From: Tubulanus polymorphus
Taxonomy: Eukaryota > Animalia > Nemertea
Direction: 5' to 3'
Length of the DNA stretch: 64,000 nt
Assembly (NCBI RefSeq): GCF_964204645.1
Contig: NC_134027.1
Span: 14,602,485 to 14,666,484 of the forward strand
Positions 1-12,460 of the stretch are shown here, piece after piece (positions within the stretch are counted from its first letter, which is position 1; each line of letters starts with the position of its first letter). Below the pieces are notes generated by a model. That model had not been told where the DNA came from and did no database searches. It was given only the letters and a program-made list of their open reading frames with translations. The translations under genes and the position numbers were made by a program.

Positions 1-139
1 TAGCTAACACAGACCCCGCCGTGCAGGACCGGATAATTTTTGAAATAAATAAATTGAAATAAATTTTTGTTGTGATACCGGTACTATTTAGGCTAGGCCT
101 ACTATTAGGCCTCATTACTGTGGTGGTACACACTAAAAA

Positions 140-453
140 CAGTGGCGGATCCAGGGGGCATGGGAGTTGGCGCGCCCCCCTTTTTCGGCCTAGCAATCTT
201 GGAATCTTCTCTCAAAAAAATCACAAGATATCTTCAACCCGTTGTGAAATTGTGAGCATATCTCATTCCTAATTTCAACCAAGAAAGTGCTCAGAATGCA
301 TCTAAATTTTCTAATTTTTCAAAATTTTCGGGGTGGGCCGCCAGACCCCCCTTCGGGGGCTACACCGTCATGCGCAAAGAAGTATAGGCTATGTGAATAG
401 TGATCCTAAATCTAATGTGTGCCCACTTTTTCCAAAACCTGGATCCGCCCCTG
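140..453. mobile_element. Short hAT-like MITE
   Basis: Termini CAGTGGCGGATCCAGG (140) and CCTGGATCCGCCCCTG (453) are inverted repeats; no clean TSD. A related end CAGGGGCGGATCCAAG occurs near 14727. Confidence 0.55.
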
Positions 454-564
454 AATCTGAAAAACATGGAGAAACTCCAAACAAACAACTTCGTCTCCCG
501 TTTTCCCTTCGGCCGGCGATTAATCGTTCAGAACCTGAGTTATCAATTCTTCTGTGAAAAATGT

Positions 565-735
565 CGGACCAATCCCAATTTGACCGCTCCAGATTGGACT
601 ATTAGATACACCGCCCAAAATCTTTCGGGCGGACAGGTTGCCACTCAGTGGCCACTAGTTTATGTATTAAGTCAATCAGATGGATTGTTTTTTAATGGCA
701 GATTAACTATCAATACCACACCTCTGATTGGCTTA
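565..735. promoter_or_regulatory. CCAAT-box cluster, possible promoter of element 1
   Basis: GACCAATC (about 567), GATTGG (about 592) and CTGATTGGCT (about 724) lie upstream of the transposase; functional role is inference only. Confidence 0.25.
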
Positions 736-1983
736 AATAAGCTTACAACATAGACTGGTGCCGGTGGGTGCTGAGCAGGAACCTGTCTGCCCAAGAAATC
801 TTGAATAGACGAATGAAGCGTTAGCGGCCAGGGTTTGTGTTGGCATGAGCATCAGTGGAAGGCAATTAAACCCTGGCAAAGCGAGGATGGATCCCCCAAG
901 AATCCTCATGATTATTCCCTGTGTATAGTGTTATTATACAATAGGCCTACAGGGATGCTATGGTTGGTCATTGAACCGTGGACCCATGCAATTGTCTCTG
1001 TCACTGAAATGCCAGCACCAAACCGCCTACTGATTGTCAGGGACAGTCCCTGAAAATGTCTCACTGTCCCTGAGGTTTTTTTTATGCTATTGAAAAAGAT
1101 TATTGCTGTCCCTGAATCAATTTTGTCCATCTAAAAATCGTTCTCATTCTTCATTTAACCATCTTTTTTGTCCCTGTGAGAGTATGAAAAGTTGTCATGT
1201 CTGCTGAAAAAAAATTCATTTTGTTACTGATAGCACTTTTCAGAGGTTGGCAGCCCTGAATATGGCATTTTAATACAATTTAACATTTAGGACGTATATC
1301 AGTATGTATATGCATATTTTGTAACCACAATCAATTGCAAATTTGTAACCCATGACATGCTCTCTGATTGGAAATGAGTTTCAAGCTCATTGATTATTGT
1401 ATTAATTCACCAAGGGCATTGAATATTGAATTCTCAGATTGTCAAGCATTTCACCCTGGACCCCCAGTTAGGCCAGTCGTAGGCTGAGCCTATTACTATA
1501 CAAATGGAGCAAATTTAAATGACATGGTTTTCAGAGTTTACAGAAGGTTTTTCGCAAAAGTCTGTAAGTAAAACATATCAGTTATAAAAAACCAATCAGA
1601 GAGCAAAGCCTTCTCTATGATGAGGTAGTAGAGGGTTTTAAAATTGTGTTTCAAGATCGATTTCTATGAAATCTTTTATTTGGTTTCTTGGAGGAACTTA
1701 TTTGCGCTACAGAAAATTAATCCTTGATAATTGCCAAGGTTCGGGAAAAATAGCTTTTCTCAAATCGGATGTATGCCATAGATGTGCTACTTAGCCATGT
1801 GCTCAAATTGCAAATTCAATCAAATTTAAATCTGCAAAAAAATATCAAATCCAATTCAATGTTACTTTATTGAACAAAAATGTACCTCGTTAGATTTAAT
1901 AAATGTTCCAGTCATGCTTATTGGCGACGCAGATGGTCATGAATAGGATGTGAATATTTCTTTTAGGATTACTTGGTACAAAA

Positions 1984-4195
1984 ATGGCTCAGAAATTAAA
2001 ACGATGGAGATATTTTAACCAGAAAGCACTAAAAACACTTAATGATACATCCAGTAGCAGTAATGAGGATGACGAGATAAATGTGAGACATGATAGGCCT
2101 ATACAACCAGTTGAAGCACACTTAGAGGCTAGAGACGTGATACAATCCCCAAGTCATGAAGACAGCTCAATTTCAGTGAATGATGAACACAATCTATCTG
2201 ACAGTGACAGCTTTCAATCAACCAGAGGTGCTCATTATCATTCTGACAGTGATGTACTCTCATCTTCATATTCGAGAAGTGATTTGGATTCGGATGATCA
2301 AAGTTTGAGACATGAGCTTAGAGGTTGGGCTATTCGAAATAGAGTGACCCACATTGCCCTAAATGAGCTATTGGATATTTTAAGGAGTCACGGACACGAC
2401 GAGCTGCCTAAAGACAGACGTACCCTAGTAAAAGCTCCTAGAAGAATTGACATAGCACAACAATTTGGAGGGTATTACATATACTTTGGTATAGAATCTG
2501 GTATTGTGCATTCTCTTCAAAGCATACCTAATTCAGAAATTTCTAATGAAATTCAAGGGATCGAACTGATTGTCAACGTTGATGGCTTGCCGCTCTTCAA
2601 ATCATCATCAACACAATTTTGGCCTATTTTATGTTATTTCCATTCAGCACCGATTTTTATAGCTGCATTGTTTGTTGGTGATACAAAGCCTGATAGTGTT
2701 GCTGGATATACAGCTGAGTTTATTGAAGAGTGTAATAGACTGAAGATTACTGGTGTTCAGTATATGAACTTGCACTTTCCTTTCACTGTTAAGTCATTTA
2801 TTTGTGATTGTCCAGCAAGATCGTTTCTAAAATGCACCATCGGTCACACGGGCTACTATTCATGCGAACGCTGTACCATCCGAGGATCATGGGAAGGAAG
2901 AGTTGTGTTCAATTCACGAAGACTACATCCCCTTCGTACTGTTGCCAACTTCAACACTCAGTCTTATACTGTTCATCAGACTGGAAAGTCACCATTGATA
3001 GAAGCTGGTATCGACTGTATAAATGGTTTTGCATTGGATTACATGCACCTAGTGTGCCTTGGCGTTGTAAGAAGATTTTTAACTTTTCTGACATCAGGTC
3101 CACGTATCTGTAAATTGTCCCAAGGCCAGATACAAATGATATCAACTTTTCAAAGGTCGTTTTCGGGACTGATGCCCAGTGAGTTTGCTAGACAGCCACG
3201 AGGTCTAAAGGAACTTAAACGCTGGAAGGCTACAGAATTGCGTGAATTCTTGATTTATACCGGTCCAGTAGCTCTTAAAGGTATTTATTCTCTTAACCTG
3301 TATTCATGTGGATAGATTTTAAATCTGCAGCTGTCAACCTCCAGTCTGTACCCAGCCCCGAGACAATCAACTTCATACATCTCTACATAACCAGCCTTAT
3401 CACAATTTCAATTCAACAAAAAAAAATCAACTATACCAGTACAGGTCAGCAGATTGACAGCTGAATGAGGCCATTTGCTGCCATTTCCACCCCCTGGGAC
3501 TCCTTTGTTTTTATCTTGCAGATGTTTTGAATCCGCCATTGTATGAGCATTTTCTATGCCTGTCAGTTGCAGTGTCAATGCTGTTATTTCAAAATGATGA
3601 AAAGAGAAATGCTTATGTAAATGATGCTGGTGAACTCTTAAAATATTATGTTGCAAAGGCTAAGGATTATTATGGTGTTACATTCTGCAGTTATAATGTC
3701 CATAGTTTAATCCACTTAAACGAAGATGTCCGGTTCTTTGGATGTTCATTGAATGACGTGTCTGGGTTCTGTTTTGAAAATTATCTTCAAACCTTGAAGA
3801 AGATGTTACATAAACCGCAGTCACCGCTGATTCAAGTCTGCAAACGTCTGAGTGAAAGGAAATCAGCTGGTATAAGTGATCACAAGAAACAAAGAAAATT
3901 AAGGATAGCCCTAAAGAAAGACAATGTATTTTGTTTTGACTCTGAGTTTGCACTCGTGAAACAGATTTCAGCAACCACAGATTGTTGTTATTGCGATATG
4001 ATAAAACATTCATCCATGCAGCCCTTCTTTTTGGAGCCTTGCGATTCCCGTATTGTTGGCATGTTTTATTGCGATAGCTTGACAAGATCAGTTACATATA
4101 GCAAGTGGATAAATACTCATGAACTTAACAGAAAAGCACTCTGCTTACCATATCATGGTGGTAGTGTGTTGATGCCATTATTGCATACTCATTAA
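1984..4195 (+). CDS. EnSpm/CACTA-type transposase, two exons (1984-3280, 3522-4195), about 656 aa, apparently intact
   Basis: Motifs NVDGLPLFKSS..FWPIL, ICDCPARSFLK..GHTGYYSCERC, LDYMHLVCLGVVRR, PSEFARQPR..WKATELREFL, YNVHSLIHL and FCFENYLQTLKK are typical of animal EnSpm transposases. The phase-1 intron 3281-3521 (AAAG|GTATT...TTGCAG|AT) joins the two ORF-track ORFs in frame (ALK-D-VLNPP). Confidence 0.88.
3329..3463. mobile_element. Small TIR element (MITE) inside the transposase intron
   Basis: CAGCTGTCAACCT ... AGATTGACAGCTG, a 13-bp inverted repeat with 1 mismatch; no TSD seen. Confidence 0.4.
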
Positions 4196-4466
4196 GGTAT
4201 ATAGTGACAGGGAGGAAGAAATTTCTACCCATTCCTAGTTTAAACGATGAGTACGGGGGTACATATTGTATGCCGGATGGACATTCAAATTTACGTCCGA
4301 AAAGATAGGGCGGTGTTGGCTCCAAAGACACTGAGCTGACCTACTTCACAACTGCTGCAATACTGCCAGTTTACATGCGAAATTATTTACAGTGTGATAG
4401 CATGCACACATGTGCATATCCTTAGCGTAGTTGATGGTACTGCCCACTACTAACACAGAAGATCAG

Positions 4467-4659
4467 GTGTTTGTTTGTTTGTTAGTTTTGCTTTACGTCG
4501 TTTGGATCTTTGTTTCCCAAGACTAACCCTGACGGGACAGCCTTTGAAGTGTTGCCCGCACACACTGTTAACAGCCAGCAGGATTCGAACTCACTTGCCT
4601 CTCAGCACTGAAAGTGAATGCAACAGCATCACACATTATCTCACTGAGCTATGGAGGCT
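4467..4659 (-). mobile_element. tRNA-derived SINE with (CAAA)n tail; the 3' end of a second copy lies at about 4705-4760
   Basis: The minus strand reads GCCTCCATAGCTCAGTGAG (A box) ... GAGTTCGAATCC (B box) ... GACGTAAAGCAAAAC followed by CAAA repeats. The same GACGTAAAGCAAAAC+(CAAA)n end recurs near 4705-4750. Confidence 0.65.
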
Positions 4660-7499
4660 ACTCGACTCCTGTTTGGGGAATTACTTTGTTTTCGATGTCT
4701 CTGTTACTTTGTTTGTTTGCTTATTTGTTTGTTTGTTTTGCTTTACGTCACTATAGATGCTTATGGTCGCTATGAACATGGGATATAACATGCCATATTA
4801 GGCTACTATATAATGCTCGAATCGAAAAGTTGGAAGTTCTAATTTAAAAAATCACTTGTAGTTTCCACCTCGTTTCGTGCTGATTATACATTTTATAATG
4901 TAATATATAGCTTTGAACTAACGATAACTGGATTTCTTATATGACCGTCAGTAGTTAGTAGGCTCAGTCTGCATGGTATCATATACACTACTTTCATCAA
5001 AATCAGTCAATCGGTTTAGGCGATATTAATTTTTCTTCAATGGAATACCTGCAATACCAGATGGCGCAACAAAATTCTGGGGCATTTGTAGTGAAAATCA
5101 GTTCATTTTGAATGAAATTTGAACTTGAGTTTCAGGCTTAGTAGGCAAAATAGGAAAATTATCAAACAAGTCATCGATTGGATAATTATAAGATTGCCTT
5201 TCTCACTCGTGCATGGTATAGATTTCACTGAAAATTAATTTTATAATGAGAAAAGTCGATTCTAATATAATTGAAACTTCAGTAGCCTTGCTGGTATCCT
5301 ATTAGGCCCCCTTGTGTTAAAAATATTTCATAATATTCATAATAGTAATTTCATAGGTTGTTGAATGTCCCCAAAGTTGTATTGAAATTACTTTTCTTAA
5401 ACGTAGATACCAATGAAAATTTCACTATACTTTACAAAATTCACATTTTCTGATCTACCTAGAATGGCTTGGACACGTGCTGTGTGGTTCGAAAATGATC
5501 GAGAAATGGAGCTAGTGGTCCCTAGTAATTGGTTGGTAGCGAATGAAGTATTTTGGCCTCCAGGCATCGATGCGAGTAAAGCTCTATCAGAGCGAAGGCC
5601 GCCAGCAGCAAACTGGCGGAAGTTTCCTGTGAGTAAGGTTAAAGGGAAATCAGGTACGGTAGGTCTCTCTTTAGACTTTTTATGATTTCATTCCTGGTGC
5701 TATTTCTAATTTAATTTAGTTTCATTGTAAACAATATGCCAATGGTTGTCATCTTTTCTCTGTTTTCTTGTGTACACTTCTAACCTGCCTACAGTGCAGT
5801 GTGAAATTCATATTTTACTTTTAAATACATGAAAATCAATAAGAAAGTTGCTTTCATGCATCAAAATAGGAGAGGCAAAAATCAGGAATTTAATTGGAAT
5901 TCCTAGGGAGGGAGTAATAAACACTAATAGCATTTAAATTTATAGGTACTATTGCTAAAATTGTCTCCAGGTTTAATAGCTAGTCTAGGTTATTGATTTT
6001 AAATGACTTGACTGTTGTGTCATCGATACAGATAATAAAGACCAATTAGATGATATGAGTGTGACAGAGACAGAATCAGATTGTCCAAAAACGAGAAAAA
6101 GAAAGAGGAAATCCTATACCGATTGTGTGCTTGAAACGGGTGAGTTAGCCTATGTTAGCTTAGCAAGTGTTATAAATTAAGTCTTCCATCATGCTTTTGT
6201 GAAGAAAAAAAAATTTTACGCATCCATCATTTGTTGTATATTCAGCCAGGTGCCATAGATCTTTTGATTTTTAGTTGTTAATGAGGGAAAGAGATGGGCC
6301 ATAGACTGTAATGATGGCAAATATTTTGGTCTTTGGAATCTACTGGGCTTAATGGTAGACTACAATGGTAAGTCACAAAGAACATGTTATAATATTTGTT
6401 TGTATTTTGTGCTAGGTAATTCATCACAGTTAATTGACTCTGGCGAAGACACTGATATCTTATGTAAGTTTGAAGTAGAAATTTCAATTAGTTTTCTGGT
6501 GTGTTGAAAAGCATGGGCGTCCCTTGGGGGGAGGGCGGTAGGGTTCGGTAGTTCGAACGAACGCCCCGTTTGAATTTTCAAACATCGACGAACGTCAGCA
6601 CATGGTCTGTATTTGTATTTGCTAAATTAGCAAAATAAAATTGATGCATGCAAAGTAAACAGTAACCAGTCTACCTATACTGAATTTTCTTATTTTTGAC
6701 TCTAAGGCAAAATGACTAATTCTGACCGATATAGGAGTAAGTAAGTTCCGAGGCTTTTATCGGTCATCTAGTTGGATTCATTCCCTGTTACATTATTAAA
6801 ATCTTAATTAATACTGTTTTAACTGAAACAATAACATGATTTATTTACAGCTTCTGAAAATGAAGATGATATACCCGTAATGCCTCCAAAAATTACTCGT
6901 CATAAGCCTAGCGCTTGTAAGTACAGTATCAAATGATGATTCAATTTGTTCTCACACTGTGGCTCTGTTCACTGCCTGAGTAACCAAATGCAAATCCAAG
7001 TTCCAAATCAACCATATTTATTTTTATGTGCATTCATTTAAATTGTCACTCTAGCTCAGTAGGCCTATGGCAGTGTAATGACGCATGTAATCAGTAAATA
7101 AACATTTCATTAGCCTAAAAAAAATACTGGAAGTTCTACCAGTTCCACATTCTGATTTAATACTTGACTCAGAATTAACTCATAGAAAATGAACTAATTT
7201 AAACCAGAATTAACTCTAAACTGTGGAACTTGGTCATACAAGACGTGCTCAATTACCCAAGGTGGCTGCTGAAAGTGTGACCATATAGTGTCACCCAAGA
7301 ATTCAATTCAATTTTCCGAAATGCTTATGATGATAATGTCTGCCATCATGGTTCATGGCCTTGTATGCATAGTGTTGCTCCTTGACCCTAGTTTTTATTT
7401 TACAGCTCAGTCTTGTGCTGTCGACTCATCCGGATTCAAATCTGACGTACCATCGCGAGGTCAGTCAGGTGAGGCTGAATTCTCCCGCTACAAATCTAA

Positions 7500-7730
7500 G
7501 GGACACTCATGTACTCAGTCTGTTGCTGCTGAATACCCCCGCTTCAAATCTCCTCAAGGACGATCAAGTACTCAGTCTGTTGCTGCTGAATACCCCCACT
7601 TCAAATCTCCTCAAGGACGATCAAGTACTCAGTCTGTTGCTGCTGAATACCCCCACTTCAAATCTCCTCAAGGACGATCAAGAGTTCAGTCTGGTGCTGT
7701 TGAGTTCTTCCAATCTAGATCCCCTGAAGG
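7500..7730 (+). repeat. 57-bp coding tandem repeat (about 4 units, STQSVAAEYPHFKSPQGRS)
   Basis: Near-identical in-frame 19-aa units within exon 7406-7768. Confidence 0.9.
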
Positions 7731-10700
7731 ACCATTAAAAACATCATTTGCATCAAAAAAAACTGCTTGTAAGTATCAACTCATTCATACATGCAGCCAT
7801 CCCAGCACCTCTATATTTCTTTTTTTCCCATATTTCAATAGGAATCTTATTAATCTATATTTGTCAAAAATTTCCTATTTTTTTCGCAAAAATATTTTCC
7901 AACGCAGGTTTTTACCGTATGTGTAGTGAATGATGACTTACTCGCTTTTTGATTCCCAAATGATAATTGTCACAACAAGACTGAAAGTGGTCAATGGTAG
8001 AGATGATACATTTTATTTGGTCGATTTTCCCTACCACATCCAAGTTGTTATATAATAGGTGGTGGTTTCCTATTAATTATCGTATTACATGAATTATCAT
8101 ATTACAGTCAAGAATTCCGAAGAATATCCTATCTTTTCTTAAAAAAGCTCCTACTTTTTCTATATTTTTATGAAAAAAAAATGGCTGGGATGTCGTACAT
8201 GTAATTTCATTACATGTATTTAAATTTGTAAAATCAGATTTAAATACTAAACTCATGAGTAGTCTTCAGATTAATGCACTGTTATCATTATAATCAAGGA
8301 AATGCTATTTGAAAAATATTCCATCATACTTGACTGCATTGACAGTTTATTTGAACCGCTTACTGCAAAAATGAGGTTACCGGTATATTGAATAAAAAGT
8401 AGAGTTTTGTTGGGATAGCATTGTTGAAATTGTTCATTGTTGCTTTTATCGGAAAGGCCATAACCAATAATGTATAGGTAGGTCAAAAAAATTTCCGTTT
8501 ATCTGCAATACTTTTTGAGTTATAAACCTCTCAAAAAGCCATCCTTAAAGCATGTGTTTTATCAGCACATTACCTTAGCAATGCAATATCTCGGTCTGGC
8601 TCATGTTACCAAGGTTAAAAATCTACCAAAATAAACTTCAGAATCTTATCTTTCTTCATTGAAAATTTGGGCTTTTCAGGTAAGCGAAATTCCAATTTTT
8701 GAGACTTAGAGCCTGGACTACTATGAGAACTATTTACAGATATATTTGGGAATGTTTATGATTATCCATAATTGTACCATGCTTCAATGAAACTCACTCT
8801 TTTTAGTTGACTCTGACTCATCAATGGATTCGGCATCCGTGAAAAAATCCCCTTCTTCAGATGGAAGTAAGTAAACTATCATGATACCTTACACATTATT
8901 TTGCCAGGTACATGTACATCTAGACAGTTTTGTGATTAATTTGTGATAATACAAGAGGGTTTGTGTGTGCAGCCCCATAAAGGTGATCGCTGTCGTCTTA
9001 TCATATGTTTTTACATTTTACATACTGTTTATTACCTAAATAAACTCTTGCCAAGGTGTGCTTTGAATGAGTGTACATGTACTAGCGCAGTGGCATGTAA
9101 CCTTCAGTAATCAATTTTCCACTGTCCAGAATTAATCTTGGGTTGGTAATTGTAATATGATAATCTAGGTAGAGAAATGATCTGCACGTTTGACCCTAAT
9201 TCCTGCAGTAATTGCATTCACTCATTCTTTCATCTTTAGATGGATTTAAGTTTTCATGGGGTCCATTTTACTATGAGTTTTCATTGGTGTCCCTAGATGC
9301 CCAATTGCTGTCCAAATTCCAAGATTTAGTACTCAATGATTTATTCATTCCTTTATTTTCTTAGAATTCCAGAAGAAGGTACTGGCACTTCTTCATGAAA
9401 TTCGAGAAGACATACATAAAGTTCTTTATATGAATGAAACCGCTGATTCCATAATAGAGCAGTGTAGTGACTTGGAAGGGTTAAAGATGATGGAAGAACA
9501 GCTCGACGATGAGGAACAATACAAAAATATGGTAGGTGTTCAAAAGTAACACTGTTGCACGTTCGTAACAAGTCTTAAACGTGATTAATTGGTGAAATTG
9601 TCAATTTCGCTGATGAATTAATGTAGACCTATGAAATCTCATTGAAAACATAATTTATGTATTTAATTCTAAAATGAACTTATATTGACCAGTAAACAGG
9701 ATACATAAAATGTATATGCCGTAGCAAAGTTCTAAATCATGATTGTTCACCAGAGGCATTGTGTGGTGAAATTACATAATATTTCCGTTATATTGATCCA
9801 TGCCTATTTTGTTATCAAATTCATGTGCGAAACTGTAGCTTATAACATGTTATGATTTTGATAGAGTTCCAAGGTCATTGGTTTTAGTCTATTGTCTATA
9901 TGTTCACCAAGGGGCATTGCATATTGGAATTACATGTATCAGTTTGTCAAGCATTTCGCACCGTTTTTCAAATGGGTTTGGTTTCCCTGGGGCATTAGTT
10001 GTAATCTATAGTACCGGTATTTTTAATCCTGGCATTTTTAATCCTGGCATTTCCTATGTATACACACAAAACGTGGTTCAAAGCTCTGAAGTGTTGACAG
10101 GGCTTGTTTGGATATTTAATCAAAATATGGAAATATCTCTTTCAGATGGAGAAAGTGAAGTCTATTGGAGGATTGAATTCTGATGACTTTTTGAGGCGGG
10201 CTTTACAAAGGTAACATATTTTTGAAACAAGAATTCTGCACTCTAATGAACTTATCTCTTAACTGGTCAAGTCGGATTATCTCGTAGCAATGTCTCAATC
10301 GTTTTCGTTACTTACTGCGCCTAAGTCGTATATTCTGAACGACCATTGGTCTAACCAGTATTATTTAACCCCCAGTGAATGCTGCCAATTTTTGACCGGA
10401 CCTGCAATAATGCTTGTAAGCGCCGGCGCTGACGGTTCCAAACAGTAAATTAATTCTGAGGGTGGGTTCGAATCCCGGATAAATGACGCTGACATCGTAC
10501 ATCAGACAGACGATACATGCCCCAAACAACCAAAAACTGAGGTTACTTATTCAAATAGTACACATTTAATTATTTGTTTACATTTTTTTCTGCATATAAC
10601 ACTTTTTACAGTGAATATACCTTATATTAAATTGGTCTTCAAAGTCGGATTTCAGCTATGTCGGACGGAATTAGCGGTTACAAATTGATCCGACTTAGGG

Positions 10701-11854
10701 GGAGTTAACTGCAGTTACTTAGGGGAAGTTAACTGCAGTTACATGTAGTATTATGCTATTGAAAAACTACTGCTGTCCCTGAGACAATTTTCTACTGTCC
10801 CTCTTAAGAATTGTTTTAATTCTTCATTTTTCCTTATTGTGTCCCTGAAAATTTACTTTTTTGTCCCTGATGTGTTAAAATTGATAAGTTGACAGGTCTG
10901 CATTATTCGAGAAGGTTGTATGAAACATTTTCAGAACACTTTTTTTCAGTGAGAAGAGTTGGCATGTCTGGCTTTAAATGTCTCTCACTTTTGACAACTT
11001 TTTGCTATTTTTTGTAGATGTATGACCAATTCACTTATGAGTGAATTTAATCTACGAGGAAAAAGGGGAAAATTCCCTTTTGAGCACCCTTATGAAAATG
11101 GTACACGTGTATTTAGCTAAATACACGTGTAATACACGTGTAATATGAAATTACACGTGTACTTTTGACGTGTATTTTGAAGTACATGTGTAAAACACGT
11201 GTATTTCTAAAATACACGTGTAGTTTGGACATGTATTTTGAATTACACGTGTACTGAAGATGTGTATCTTGAAATACACGTGTAACTTAGGACGTGTATT
11301 TTAAAAACACGTGTAAATTCATGTGTGGCTTCTGAAATACATGTGCAATCTGGATGCATGTACTAGGCTAAATTATACATGTACCTTGTTTCTCATAATT
11401 GGTCACTTTTGTGAACTGCAATAAAATTTGTAATTACATCATTTAGCTTCACATGATTTCATAAAAAGTAAGATTTTGCATGTTATGTTCGGAGAATTGA
11501 AGGAATTTCCTGTCTTTTTAATTGTTTGATCCTCATTTAGTAGTTTTTTCCAGGATGCCGTGTCAAAAAAGTCATGTTGTTTGTCCTGTATTGACTAGAT
11601 TGGATCCTGTATGAATGAAGCACATGTCTTTGTTGCCCTCTGAATAAATCCAAAAACTGTTTCACAAAAATCATGATCTGAACAAAAAATTTTGGATATT
11701 TCATTTATTATTAAGATAACTAGAGGCTTAGGGGACTGCCCAAGCCCCGAATTACAATGTTATTTATGAAAAATGTTGAATATATTGCTGTCACCAGCTC
11801 CAAGTGTTCTGCTTTCCTTGTAGGCCCATTCATTAATTTTGCTAGCTAGCTCTT

Positions 11855-12460
11855 CTTAGCCGAGGAGTCTTTTCAGTTGTTCATTAATGGGCATGTACAC
11901 AAAAAATGTCCTTTTTCCTCTAATGTTGCCTTATCATACTGTATATCACATAATGAACATTTGTATCATACCTGCAGTTTTTTGAATAATGTCTTATATA
12001 CAGCGCAGTAATATTTGTTCTCCTCCGCACATAGAGAAAATCTTTTCAAAATAGGCATTTAGAACTGCGTAGAACCGCTTCTCAGTAACAGTAAATTCAA
12101 CCGATCCAACAATCCAGTCAAAACAGTTGATGTGGATCCAGCTTCGAGGGAGAACGTCATAATAGTAGTAACAGCCCCACGAAGGGTCACCTCAGCATTT
12201 GTGTGGAGAGGATCATCTATTTCCATCAATGAGCTGTGGCTGCAAACTAGATTAAACATTGTGGTGATTGGTCAAGTTCATATCGGATGAGTAGATTGGC
12301 AATTAAGATTGCATTCACTTTAGTCATAAGGCACTGTATTACTAACTTACGTCGTCACAACCATTGTCTGCATTATTGGTGGATTGTGGCCATTTTCAAT
12401 TCTTGAATCTTCCAGATTCTCAAAATCGACTTCTTGAAAAATCGAAATGTCCATCATTTA
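11855..12460 (-). pseudogene. Decayed N-terminal fragment of an EnSpm-type transposase in element 2
   Basis: Reading through frameshifts and stops gives PLHTNAEVTLRGAVTTIMTFSLEAG..LTGLLDRLNLLL / SSKCLF / KYYCAVY..CSLCDIQYDKATLEEKGHF-FVYMPINEQLKRLL. This is the Cys-rich segment followed by P-I-x-x-Q-L-x-x-L-L seen ahead of the catalytic core of such transposases. Confidence 0.55.

Noticed and set aside
1-12. TAGCTAACACA at the window start as the left TIR of element 1
   Set aside because: Matches 10 bp of the right TIR, but the terminal CCC is not visible and no AACGTT subterminal array follows; the true left end is probably upstream.
10460-10480. Isolated B box GGGTTCGAATCCCG
   Set aside because: No convincing A box or tRNA fold; at most an old SINE remnant in an intron.
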